46,769 nucleotides of DNA from Bdellovibrionota bacterium FG-2 (lineage in GTDB: Bacteria > Bdellovibrionota > UBA1018), in assembly GCA_051382305.1 (NCBI GenBank), contig JBBCAV010000089.1:1-46769 (forward strand), written 5' to 3'. The notes beneath the pieces were generated by a model. The model was not told where the DNA came from. It saw only the letters and a list, made by a program, of their open reading frames with translations, and did not search any database. A program made the translations under genes and the position numbers. Shown one piece after another: positions 17,602 through 27,062 of this stretch; the stretch's first letter is position 1, and each line of letters starts with the position of its first letter.

Positions 17602-18385
17602 GCTTTAAGATCTCAAGCAACGAAAGATAGTAGTTCCGCTTAAGACTTAACAACGTCACGAGATGGATCGCGCGAGGCAACTCCGTTTCGGCCAAAACTT
17701 TCCCATAATAGAGCGTAAAACTCTCGATAATCCAAGGCATCGCCGCAGCCTGATCCTGCAACTTTTTATCTTGATACCACTCCTGGATCTCTCCAATCAA
17801 ATCTTCGATATCCGGGCGCCCCACCGGGCACTTCTGCATCGTGCACTCGGGATCGCTCAAAAAAGGGCGCGTTGAATCAAAGATTAAAGGTTGAGTCACG
17901 ATTGTATTGAGCCTTTTCCTAAGCGAGAAATCTAACATTCCCACGCCTGGCCGATCCGAATTCTTAGCCAAAGTATAAAACTTAGGACCCAGAGTGATAG
18001 AACTTGAGACTGCTGTGGATGCCAGAGTAAGAACATCTCCCGCTTTGGCCGCAAGCACCAGACCCGATCCTCCAGCCGCGATTCCCGCCAGAGTCCCAAT
18101 GATCATCGACCAGCTTTGCACCCGATATCCGACATTGACGACTCGCAACGACTCATAGTGAGTATTCATGGCCTCCACGGCCCGATCGAGTTCTGAATAC
18201 GTGCGATTGAGTTCGGTTTTGACAAACCGTATTCTATCAGTGCGATCCTGTAAACTGAGTTGGCATTCTCGATCTGCTACGGGCCTTTGAAACTCTTGCA
18301 GCGTCATCGCAAATGCGGATGAAGACAAAAGTCCGACCAGTGCGAAAACAAAAAATCTCCCCCACCCCTTTTTCAAAATCGTCAT
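17576..18385 (-). CDS. Secreted hypothetical protein
   Basis: ATG 18385 with GGGGGA RBS, signal peptide ending SAFA; sigma54 promoter upstream. Confidence 0.7.
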   Translation of the reverse strand: MTILKKGWGRFFVFALVGLLSSSAFAMTLQEFQRPVADRECQLSLQDRTDRIRFVKTELNRTYSELDRAVEAMNTHYESLRVVNVGYRVQSWSMIIGTLAGIAAGGSGLVLAAKAGDVLTLASTAVSSSITLGPKFYTLAKNSDRPGVGMLDFSLRKRLNTIVTQPLIFDSTRPFLSDPECTMQKCPVGRPDIEDLIGEIQEWYQDKKLQDQAAAMPWIIESFTLYYGKVLAETELPRAIHLVTLLSLKRNYYLSLLEILKHDQTGCGQ

Positions 18386-18428
18386 AAATTCCCCCAGGAA
18401 CATGATATTGAATACGCTCATGACGCGA

Positions 18429-18444
18429 TGCATCACTCGTGCCA
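18429..18444 (-). promoter_or_regulatory. sigma54 (-24/-12) promoter
   Basis: TGGCACGAGTGATGCA. Confidence 0.7.
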
Positions 18445-18561
18445 ATAACCCCACGACCCAACTCAGGGGTGCCCAAGCTTTAGACAGATCTCAAGAGTAT
18501 CGACACCTTCGCCACCTAAAGAACGGATTTCACCCGCAAAAAAGCCCGAGGAGACGCCCTA

Positions 18562-19965
18562 TTAAGAGGGTGGAAAAGTGTCTAACTTTTTGACAGTCGA
18601 CAAAACTTTGGACAGGGGACCGGAGAAATTCCCCCATAAAAGCGGAATCGAGCCGTAGACCACCGCGAATCGTAAGACCGTGCCCAAAGCAAAACACGCG
18701 CGAAACCCTCCGTAGGCGTGAAGCACCACGGAGAGATTGCCGCCTAGGAAATTCCCCAGGGCTCCCAAAACCCCAGAGGTCGCGACATGAATCGAAAAAT
18801 AAAACGGCGTATTTCTCCCGGAGCTCCGCTGAAAAAGAAGCGTCATGATCGCCAGGTTAAATCCGCTCCAAGCCATACCATTAATAAAGTACTCAATCGG
18901 CGCAATGATCTTTATAAGATCCGCGGAACCCACCAAGTAAAACACCGGCGAGATCGCAATCAGATGACAACACACAAACATCACCCCGCGCGGATCCTTT
19001 GAGCGATCAATGCGCTTGCCCCAATAACTTGAAGTGACAAAACTCCCTACCACCACCAGCACCGTCCAAAGAGAAACCAGACTCATCGGAATATGTAATT
19101 CTTTGGTAAAATAGTACGGGAAAAACGGCCCCACAAACTGGACCGAAAAATTAAAAAGCGCGCCAAAAAAAACGAGATTACGAAACGGTCGATTCGCCCA
19201 AGGTTCTTTCAGCGCATCTCTAAACGACACGCCTTGCAACGGCTCCACAACGAGTGTGTCATCAACTTTGGCCAACAAGAAAGTCGAGAGCCCGGCCGCA
19301 ATCACCGCACACAGCCCGAGCATCCAGTAACCCAAATAAGTTCCCCCCGGTCGCCACCCCACCCAATAAGAGCCCACTAAGTGGGCACCCGCAAGCGCCA
19401 ACATCACATAGCGCTGACGAACCCCGAAAAAACGGCCCTGAACGCGAGGAGGAATCAAGCCTTTCACCCACGATAGCCACGCCGTAGAACTCGACGACCC
19501 CAGGAGCGCAGAAGTGCACGCCACAACTGTCGTAAGCTTAAACCACGTCTCAACGGGAAAAATCCCGACCTTCTTCCAGCTCAAATAGCCCCAATAGGCA
19601 GAAGTCAAAACGGGTATCACCCAAAGCAAACGCGCGGCCGAAGCAACTTTAAGAGTATACCGCCGATAAGAAGTCGCACGAAACAAAACCCACAACCCCA
19701 GGAGTTGCCCCACGGAACCGATCCAGGGCGCCGCCAGCAGGACGCTGGCGATACTCACTGGCACGCCGAGCTCACCTGCGAGTCCGCTCAGATAAACCAC
19801 GCCAATCCATGTCTCATAGGACATGGCAAAGGCGCCCTCGAGACAAAGAAGCTCGACATTCCTTCTGAATTTTTGGCTGAATTTCTGACTAAATTTCTCG
19901 CTAGATTTTTGGGGAAATGGTCTGCGAAACTTTTCCACGCTTTTTGAAAGTAACCACGATGCCAT
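18562..19965 (-). CDS. MFS transporter (start uncertain, 19965 or 19938)
   Basis: About 12 TM segments, GRFFGVRQ, WGKRIDR motif. Confidence 0.85.
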   Translation of the reverse strand: MASWLLSKSVEKFRRPFPQKSSEKFSQKFSQKFRRNVELLCLEGAFAMSYETWIGVVYLSGLAGELGVPVSIASVLLAAPWIGSVGQLLGLWVLFRATSYRRYTLKVASAARLLWVIPVLTSAYWGYLSWKKVGIFPVETWFKLTTVVACTSALLGSSSSTAWLSWVKGLIPPRVQGRFFGVRQRYVMLALAGAHLVGSYWVGWRPGGTYLGYWMLGLCAVIAAGLSTFLLAKVDDTLVVEPLQGVSFRDALKEPWANRPFRNLVFFGALFNFSVQFVGPFFPYYFTKELHIPMSLVSLWTVLVVVGSFVTSSYWGKRIDRSKDPRGVMFVCCHLIAISPVFYLVGSADLIKIIAPIEYFINGMAWSGFNLAIMTLLFQRSSGRNTPFYFSIHVATSGVLGALGNFLGGNLSVVLHAYGGFRACFALGTVLRFAVVYGSIPLLWGNFSGPLSKVLSTVKKLDTFPPS

Positions 19966-20557
19966 ATAACAAAAGCATGACAAAAACTGCCGCAACAAAC
20001 CAGTGAAGTTTATCGCGCATCACTTTTACCAACGCCTCAGGCGACTGCAGGAGTTCCGGAGCCCCACCAATGACCTGCTCCCCAAACCAGGCAAGCACCC
20101 AACACCAAAGTCCGGCACCCAAGGTGGTGACGAGACTGAATTTCCCAAAAGGCATTCTTAGAATCCCCGCGGGAATCGAAATTAAATGCCGCACCACAGG
20201 CAAAAAACGCGCCGTAAAAATCCCCATCACGCCGTATTGAGTCACCCACGCCTCGGCCATCTGCACTTTGGCAGGAGGGAATAAGAAGAATTTCCCATAG
20301 CGATCCACGATCGGCTTTCCTAGCCACCGAGCGACCCAGTAGTTAATCGCCGAGCCAAAATAGCTCCCCGCCGTTCCGGCCAACACAACTCCCCAAAAAC
20401 TCATACGCCCTTGCGCGGCCCAAAAAGCCGCAGGTGGCATGACCACTTCAGAGGGGACCGGGACAATGGAACTCTCAAGGGCCATCAAAAGAAATACGCC
20501 CACATAACCCCACGCCTCAACCCAACCAAACCACACCTTCAAAAGTTCATGAAACAT
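19901..20557 (-). CDS. dedA: DedA family membrane protein
   Basis: LESSIVPVPSEVVMPPA, ARFLPVVRHLISIPAG. Confidence 0.9.
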   Translation of the reverse strand: MFHELLKVWFGWVEAWGYVGVFLLMALESSIVPVPSEVVMPPAAFWAAQGRMSFWGVVLAGTAGSYFGSAINYWVARWLGKPIVDRYGKFFLFPPAKVQMAEAWVTQYGVMGIFTARFLPVVRHLISIPAGILRMPFGKFSLVTTLGAGLWCWVLAWFGEQVIGGAPELLQSPEALVKVMRDKLHWFVAAVFVMLLLYGIVVTFKKRGKVSQTISPKI

Positions 20558-20566
20558 TCCCGAACT

Positions 20567-21643
20567 CTACTCGAGAGACGAAGCCTCCTGCAACAAGTTA
20601 ATCCTGCACTCGCTCCGATTCGCCGCACGCAGTTTTACGAGTACCGCCTCAACTGAAGCGCTCGATGGCTCCCGCCCTGAAAGTCGCAAAAGTCTCAAAA
20701 GTTTAATGACCAGCTCCCGCAAATACGCATTTTCCTGGAAGCAAATCTCCGAGTTAATCCGCGCGCGTCGATTCTCCGAAAGCCGCGATGAAAAATGAGA
20801 CTCCTCAATGCTTTGAAAAACTTGATCGCCCAAACTTCTGAGAGTTTCATATGCCAGACGCGCCTCGAACGACACAGACTGCGAAAGTGCGGAAACCTCG
20901 GTGACAAGCGCAGGAATCAATTCCTCAGTCACCAGTCCCAGCTCTCGCCCCACTTTCCAAGCGGGGGCGGACTCAAGGACTGCGCGTTTAATAAATGAGA
21001 CGAGCTCGAGCTGTGGCAGCTCTGCCCCCACCTGCCCCGAAGCGCCAATCCCACCCTTTTTTCGATAAAACATCCGCGGCGCAGAATTCAAATACAGTTC
21101 GTGGTTTCCGCCCCCTTGATCAAAAGGCCCCGGCATCCACTCACCTGCCTCATCCGACATCGTTTCATTCAACGGAACAATTCGATAAAGATAGTGCCGA
21201 AGGTAACCCTTCTTTTGAAAAATCAAATCCCGACCAAATAGAACAGCCGCGTGCGAACGACTAGCTTTCGCATCAAAGACCACCAAATCACCGGGCTGGC
21301 GCTCTACCTCCGACACGGGCCTAAACGAATTTTGCAGAATTAGTTCAAATTCAGCACTCCCGATATATCTGCGCTCACTCTCAGGCAGGGCTCCCGTCGC
21401 AACCAGCGCAGCATGGTAGCAATTGGGACCACTAAATCCTGCACCTTTGTTAAGCTTGGACTCGATAAAAGCCGGATAGAAAAACTTGGCTGAGGGCGCA
21501 GAACTCAAGCCCGCTCCGCTCTCTATACTTGGGACACAGATCTGCTCACCTTGGTCCTCAAAACAACGAGGGGGAGCGGCCGCCCAAAGCGGCGCAGCCA
21601 AAACAAGAAAAGCAGTAAGAATAAAGCTCAGCGCCCTCAACAT
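20567..21643 (-). CDS. Secreted protein with putative NlpC/P60-like Cys-His domain
   Basis: Signal peptide; GPNCYHAA ... PGDLVVF ... SHAAVLFG pattern. Confidence 0.55.
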   Translation of the reverse strand: MLRALSFILTAFLVLAAPLWAAAPPRCFEDQGEQICVPSIESGAGLSSAPSAKFFYPAFIESKLNKGAGFSGPNCYHAALVATGALPESERRYIGSAEFELILQNSFRPVSEVERQPGDLVVFDAKASRSHAAVLFGRDLIFQKKGYLRHYLYRIVPLNETMSDEAGEWMPGPFDQGGGNHELYLNSAPRMFYRKKGGIGASGQVGAELPQLELVSFIKRAVLESAPAWKVGRELGLVTEELIPALVTEVSALSQSVSFEARLAYETLRSLGDQVFQSIEESHFSSRLSENRRARINSEICFQENAYLRELVIKLLRLLRLSGREPSSASVEAVLVKLRAANRSECRINLLQEASSLE

Positions 21644-21751
21644 TGCGAGCCCTTCTACCACAAAAATGACGCAAACGCTAAACTGTTTTGCAAATTGATT
21701 GCGCATTGCGAAAAACCACGATACAAGGCGCCTGGGGTTTTCGGTGGATCT

Positions 21752-22538
21752 ATGGCAACACCACACAATCAAAAGACATTATCAACCGAGATCTTGTTCA
21801 ACATTTCAGAGTATATCCCTGAAGTTTCTGGCGCCGTTTTTGATAAAAAATCCAAGCAGTTTTGGACCCTCCCCGACAGCGGGAATCCTCCGCTCTTGGG
21901 ACGAACAGATTCGCAGACTTTTGAAACAACGACTTTTAAAATCGCGGGCGCAAAAAACGAGGACTGGGAAGCCCTCCTAATTGATCGTGAACACATGCTT
22001 TGGATTCTCGACGTGGGCGACAACGACGCCATCAGAGATCACGTAACGCTTTACCGAGTCGATCCAAGTCACGCTCAGGAGTCCGCCCAGGCGCCCAAGG
22101 AACTCCCCATCATCCAACAAATCAATGTCGTCTATCCCGAGGGTCCCATGAATGTGGAAGCGGGAGCTATTTTGGGTAATCGGATTTTTCTTTTTGAGAA
22201 AACACTGACCGGTCACGCAAGAACGCTCAGTGTTGATATCTCGCCATCTGTCACGAACCCGTCAGATCTTCCGCCCATGCGAGTCGTCCGCGATGAAGGT
22301 GAGCTCCCGCTGCTCGCCGGGCCCCATCACGGATGCGTCGCTCTCGCCGACGGGAAGCCTTTACCTCCTCACTTACGCCGGACTCTATGAAGTGCCCTAC
22401 TGGTGGAGTAAAAAATCTCGCTACACAAAAGTAATCCATCACATGTTTTGGGGACAAATCGAATCACTCGTTGCCCTCAGTGATAATCTGTTTCTCATTG
22501 GCCGAGAAAGTGGCAAAGTCTTTTTGCTTACGCGCTAG
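21752..22538 (+). pseudogene. Frameshifted beta-propeller-like (SdiA-regulated-like) protein
   Basis: EVSG, DSGN, DWEAL, DVGDN, NVEA motifs in one frame continue as ITDASLSP...LLTY...QIESL in the +1 frame; shift at gggcccc 22319-22325. Confidence 0.7.
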
Positions 22539-24079
22539 GCCCCATGAATCCGATCCTCAAACGCTGCCAGGGCGGCCTTCGCGCCCTCGCCCATCGCAAT
22601 CACGATTTGTTTATAAGGAACCGTCGTCACATCTCCGGCAGCGTAAATCCCTTTTGCGGAAGTTCGATTTTTGAGATCTATCACGACCTCACCAAAAGAA
22701 GTCAATTCTACCACACCCTTCAAAAAACCACTGTTTGGGAGTAGACCGATCTGCACAAAAATTCCGTCCAGCGGAACCTTGTGGATCTCTCCCGTTTTGC
22801 GATCTTCAAACTCCAAATGACTCACCTTCTGACCATCCCCTAAGACTTGCTTAGTCTTGGCACTCTTCACAATTGAGGTGTTCGGCAGCGATTTAAGTTT
22901 ATCGACTAAAACGCGATCGGCTTTGAGCTCATCAAGAAACTCGAAAAGCACGACTTCACCCACAATCCCAGCAAGATCAATTGCGGCTTCTACGCCGGAG
23001 TTTCCACCACCAATGACGGCCACTTTTTTACCTTTGTAAAACGGTCCATCGCAATGAGGACAAAACGCGACGCCCCGACCAAGATATTCCTTTTCGCCAG
23101 GCACACCAAGCTCACGCCATTTTGCGCCCGTTGCGACGATGATCGAATCGCCACTTAAGTGCTCTCCGCCTTCAAGCAGAACTTTGTGCCTCTCAATTTT
23201 CTGCACGCGACGCAGCTCAAGCACGTGCACGGGATAAGCGTCCACATGTTTGCGCAAGCTAGCCGCAAGCTGGGGCCCTTCGGTATAGGGCACTGAAATC
23301 AAATTCTCAATTCCTTTGGTTTCTTGAACTTGCCCGCCCAGTTTCTCAGCGACAAGCGCGGTCTTAAGTCCCTTTCTTGCGCTATAGATCGCAGCCGATG
23401 CGCCTGCGGGGCCGCCGCCAATTACGACCACGTCAAAATGACCTAAGTTTGAATCTAAAACCGCGCCTTCAGCTGCTTGAACCCCATAGACTGCCTCAAG
23501 TTTCGTGATGAGATCAAGAAACTCAACTCGCCCCGAATGAATGAGTTTCGAACCCACCACGACCGCAGGCACTCCTTGCAGACTCAGCGCCGCGACCTCT
23601 TCAGGAACAAAAGACCCATCAATCATTTCGTGCTGAAAGTCCGGATGCAGGAGCGCCATTTGATTGAGCGCTTGCACGACGTCCGGGCAATTCTCGCAAG
23701 TCAAAGAGATGTAGGTCTTAATGCGAACGGGCCCTTTGATTCGAAGAATACGCTGGGCAATGTTTTTTTCAGGAAGCTTTCCTTTTCCGTCAGCATTCAA
23801 AATCGCAAGCACCAGAGAAGTGAACTCATGCCCCCCTGGGATGCCCTTAAAAGTAATGCCCGTAAACCGACCTTGAAGGTAAACTTGAAACTGAGGAAAA
23901 CTCTCCGACTTGCCCGAGGATCGGACCCCAAGTTTGGGACTCACGGAGGCCAGGCCGGTTAGCATTTCCAGAAGTTCGCCCTGAGATCCGTGAGCCGTTT
24001 CACAATAAAGCAGTTCGACCCCATTCTGAAGGGGGGCAAAAACTTCTCGCAACTGTTCCTTAAGATCATTGTCTAGCAT
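22535..24079 (-). CDS. ahpF: Alkyl hydroperoxide reductase subunit F
   Basis: GHEFTSLVLA, SLTCENCPDVVQ, CPHCDG, GGGNSG. Confidence 0.97.
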   Translation of the reverse strand: MLDNDLKEQLREVFAPLQNGVELLYCETAHGSQGELLEMLTGLASVSPKLGVRSSGKSESFPQFQVYLQGRFTGITFKGIPGGHEFTSLVLAILNADGKGKLPEKNIAQRILRIKGPVRIKTYISLTCENCPDVVQALNQMALLHPDFQHEMIDGSFVPEEVAALSLQGVPAVVVGSKLIHSGRVEFLDLITKLEAVYGVQAAEGAVLDSNLGHFDVVVIGGGPAGASAAIYSARKGLKTALVAEKLGGQVQETKGIENLISVPYTEGPQLAASLRKHVDAYPVHVLELRRVQKIERHKVLLEGGEHLSGDSIIVATGAKWRELGVPGEKEYLGRGVAFCPHCDGPFYKGKKVAVIGGGNSGVEAAIDLAGIVGEVVLFEFLDELKADRVLVDKLKSLPNTSIVKSAKTKQVLGDGQKVSHLEFEDRKTGEIHKVPLDGIFVQIGLLPNSGFLKGVVELTSFGEVVIDLKNRTSAKGIYAAGDVTTVPYKQIVIAMGEGAKAALAAFEDRIHGA

Positions 24080-24085
24080 GGCTGC

Positions 24086-24652
24086 TTAAATCTTACCGAC
24101 GAGATTCAATCCAGGCTTCAACGTTTTTTCTCCTGGATGCCATTTAGCGGGGCAAACTTCACTTGGGTTTGCCGCAATGAACTGCGCCGCTTGAACCTTA
24201 CGATGAAGCTCATCTGCGTTACGGCCGATTCCGTTGTCATTGATTTCGCAAAGTTTGATTTTGCCTTCTGGGTCCACTAAAAACGTGCCGCGATAAGCCA
24301 ATCCGGCTTCTTCGATGTGCACACCAAACGCGCGAGTCAGAGTCCCCGTAGGATCGGCCAACATAGGATACTGGATCTTCTTGATGGTCTCAGAAGCATC
24401 GTGCCAAGCTTTGTGTACAAAGTGAGTGTCGGTGCTGATAGAGTACACCTCTACGCCCATTTTTTTGAACGCTTCATATTTATCCGCCATGTCGCCGAGT
24501 TCCGTCGGACAAACGAAGGTGAAGTCTGCGGGATAGAAAAACAAAATCGACCATTTTCCAAGCAAGTCATTATGAGTCACAGTTTTGAAGGTTTCATTCT
24601 GATAAGACTGAACTTTAAACTCCGGTATCTTGGTATTGATGAGGGTATTCAT
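24086..24652 (-). CDS. ahpC: Alkyl hydroperoxide reductase subunit C (peroxiredoxin)
   Basis: FYPADFTFVCPTE and EVCPAKW; ATG 24652 with AAGGAG RBS. Confidence 0.97.
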   Translation of the reverse strand: MNTLINTKIPEFKVQSYQNETFKTVTHNDLLGKWSILFFYPADFTFVCPTELGDMADKYEAFKKMGVEVYSISTDTHFVHKAWHDASETIKKIQYPMLADPTGTLTRAFGVHIEEAGLAYRGTFLVDPEGKIKLCEINDNGIGRNADELHRKVQAAQFIAANPSEVCPAKWHPGEKTLKPGLNLVGKI

Positions 24653-24750
24653 ATTCTTCTCCTTATAATATAGGCCATTTATTAATGTTATTTCGAAGAT
24701 TCTATCTCTTCTCTTGAAACCAGAATAGTCTAATCTCACAATTTAATAAA

Positions 24751-24786
24751 ATCGATTAAATCTATGATATGATCGATTTAGCCGAT
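24751..24786. promoter_or_regulatory. OxyR-type binding site
   Basis: ATCG-N7-CTAT-N6-ATCG-N7-CGAT between divergent ahpC and oxyR, resembling ATAG-N7-CTAT repeats. Confidence 0.65.
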
Positions 24787-24808
24787 CAACCCCAAAAGTG
24801 AGGCGCCC

Positions 24809-25774
24809 ATGCTTTCGCGGATGAACTATTCTTTGACGCAACTCGAATACGTAATAGCGGTGCACAAATTTGGCCATTTTGCAAAGGCTGCTCAGGCTTG
24901 TCAGATTACGCAACCCACTTTAAGCATGCAAATTCAAAAACTCGAAACCAATTTAGGCGTCGTCATTTTTGATCGATCCAAGAAGCCCATTCTCCTCACA
25001 GACATTGGTGCAAAACTTATCACTCAGATTCAATCTATCCTCTTTGAGGCCAATAAGATCGACAGCATCATTCAGCTCAGCCAAAAAGGAACGCTTGGGG
25101 GCCGATTACGCGTCGGCGTGATCCCCACCGTTGCGCCCTACCTTCTCCCTAGACTCTTGCCTGTAATCGAACGCATGTTCCCCACGCTTGAGCTTACACT
25201 GCTCGAGCTCCAAACACATCGCATTGTCGAAGCCTTAAACAATGATGATATCGATATTGGAATTCTCGCCACTCCCTTGAAGGCATCTCAGGTTTTTGAA
25301 TTTGCACTCTACTACGAGCCCTTTTCGGTCCTCTGCAAAAACGATCACGAACTCAGCCAATTTAAGAAGGCGAGATACTCACTATTAAAAGGCGACGACA
25401 TTTGGCTCTTAAGCGAAGGACACTGCTTACGCCACCAGATGCTCGATGTGTGCAGCATCAAAGAAAAACAAAAGAAAAGTACCAAGCGCAAATACGAGTT
25501 CGAAAGTGGAAGCCTGGAAACCCTAAAAAGTCTCATCGACAAATTTGGGGGCTACACCCTGCTGCCAGCCCTTGCACAAGAGAACCTAGGACCTCACACG
25601 GCGCTGATTCCGTTTGAGCGCCCCATCCCCGCGCGTGAGATCGGATTGGTCTATCGCAGAGAGCATCACAAGAAGGAGCTCATTGAAGCGCTGGGCGATT
25701 CGATCTTGCAAGCGATTCCTGAAAGTTTGAAAAAGATTCGAAAGAAGGATTTAGAGGTACTTCCGATTGAGTGA
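24809..25774 (+). CDS. oxyR: Hydrogen peroxide-inducible LysR regulator
   Basis: LysR HTH (TQPTLSMQIQKLE), EGHCLRHQMLDVC with both redox cysteines; divergent from ahpCF. Confidence 0.92.
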   Translation: MLSRMNYSLTQLEYVIAVHKFGHFAKAAQACQITQPTLSMQIQKLETNLGVVIFDRSKKPILLTDIGAKLITQIQSILFEANKIDSIIQLSQKGTLGGRLRVGVIPTVAPYLLPRLLPVIERMFPTLELTLLELQTHRIVEALNNDDIDIGILATPLKASQVFEFALYYEPFSVLCKNDHELSQFKKARYSLLKGDDIWLLSEGHCLRHQMLDVCSIKEKQKKSTKRKYEFESGSLETLKSLIDKFGGYTLLPALAQENLGPHTALIPFERPIPAREIGLVYRREHHKKELIEALGDSILQAIPESLKKIRKKDLEVLPIE

Positions 25775-25790
25775 TTCAGACCGCGTCTCA

Positions 25791-26978
25791 TTATCCCAAA
25801 CTCGCCCAAGATACGAGACTGACACCCTTATCGAGCACCATTCCATTCAAACAAGGTGCCGCAACCAGCACAGGAATCTCTCGATTTTTGGCCAAAAACG
25901 CATCTACTGACCGCAACTGGTAAGTAGAGGGCGCTTCGTTTTCCACAAGTTTAATGGCGTAGGACAATTTTCGAGCCTGAACGATGAAGTCGATCCGTGA
26001 GCCACGGGACGATTGATAATAGAAAACATCCGGCCGCATTTGAGCCGAATACGAAAATTGTGAGAAACACTCATTAAGGAAAAGCCCCTGAAGACGCCGG
26101 TCCGAATCCGCACCCGCGAAGCCAGCAATCCCTGAATCAAAGAGATAAAACAGCGATTTTCCGGCACTCGTCTTATAGGGTTCAATCTCATAAAAAACGA
26201 AAAGTGCCTTGAACGCCTGCAAGTAAGCTTCTATCTGACGAGGGTCCCGCCCTACTGCGCTAGCAATTTCTGTTCGATTAGGAACGTCAGCCTTCGCAGT
26301 CTCCAAAAAGATTCGCCGAGCCAAGTCTGGATTAAATCGCGGAATCTTAAATTGTGCTAAATCGCGCGTACAAGTCGTCTCGATCCAAGTCTCATAGAGC
26401 GCCTCTCGATTTTCAGTATCACGAACGGCAAATAGCCCCGGCATCCCCCCTCGCGCGATCCAAGTGGCGACATCCTTCAAATGAGGTTTGGTTTTCACAT
26501 TTGGGGGGCGCAGAGGGTCGGTCAAAAAGTAACTGGGCTCCTCGTCAATAATTTCCGCCAAACAAAGCGGAAACAATCTTAACAAAGCAATTCGCCCCGT
26601 GAGGGATTCCATTATACCCGTCTTCTTTGAAAACTCCGTGGAACCAGATACCGCAAATCTCCCTGGTCTTTTGCGCTCGTCTACCTCCGCTTTGAGCGTA
26701 TCAAAAAGAACCGGGGCCTTTTGAATCTCATCAATACAAACAGTTTGAACTTGGGAAGATTCCAGATTTGATAGAAACAAAGTCGGTTGCCGCTGAGCTT
26801 GGACGCGAACCTCTTCCCGATCCAGCGTGACGTAGGCAACCCGACGGCGAGTCGCGAGCAAATTCCGAAGTAAAGTACTTTTCCCCGTCTGCCGAGCACC
26901 TAAAACCCCCACAACCGGGAGCATTTTGAGCCGTTTTTCAAGAAGATCAAGCAAGTTTCTTGCTTTTTGGTGAGGCAT
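25791..26978 (-). CDS. AAA_14 ATPase with C-terminal DUF4143 domain
   Basis: GARQTGKST, IDEIQK, SGS, ESLTGR, GGMP, YLFDSG, RIDF...AIKL. Confidence 0.85.
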   Translation of the reverse strand: MPHQKARNLLDLLEKRLKMLPVVGVLGARQTGKSTLLRNLLATRRRVAYVTLDREEVRVQAQRQPTLFLSNLESSQVQTVCIDEIQKAPVLFDTLKAEVDERKRPGRFAVSGSTEFSKKTGIMESLTGRIALLRLFPLCLAEIIDEEPSYFLTDPLRPPNVKTKPHLKDVATWIARGGMPGLFAVRDTENREALYETWIETTCTRDLAQFKIPRFNPDLARRIFLETAKADVPNRTEIASAVGRDPRQIEAYLQAFKALFVFYEIEPYKTSAGKSLFYLFDSGIAGFAGADSDRRLQGLFLNECFSQFSYSAQMRPDVFYYQSSRGSRIDFIVQARKLSYAIKLVENEAPSTYQLRSVDAFLAKNREIPVLVAAPCLNGMVLDKGVSLVSWASLG

Positions 26979-26990
26979 AACCCTATTATA

Positions 26991-27038
26991 TAAGTACGTC
27001 GATTTTTAGCAAGTTCTTGCAATAAATCGACGTACTTA
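26991..27038. promoter_or_regulatory. 48-bp near-perfect palindrome overlapping a leaderless sigma70 promoter
   Basis: TAAGTACGTCGATTT-tta-GCAAG-tt-CTTGC-aat-AAATCGACGTACTTA; minus strand reads TTGCTA-N16-TATAAT-N6-ATG. Confidence 0.75.
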
Positions 27039-27062
27039 GCCCTACGATTTGTACCTATTTGG

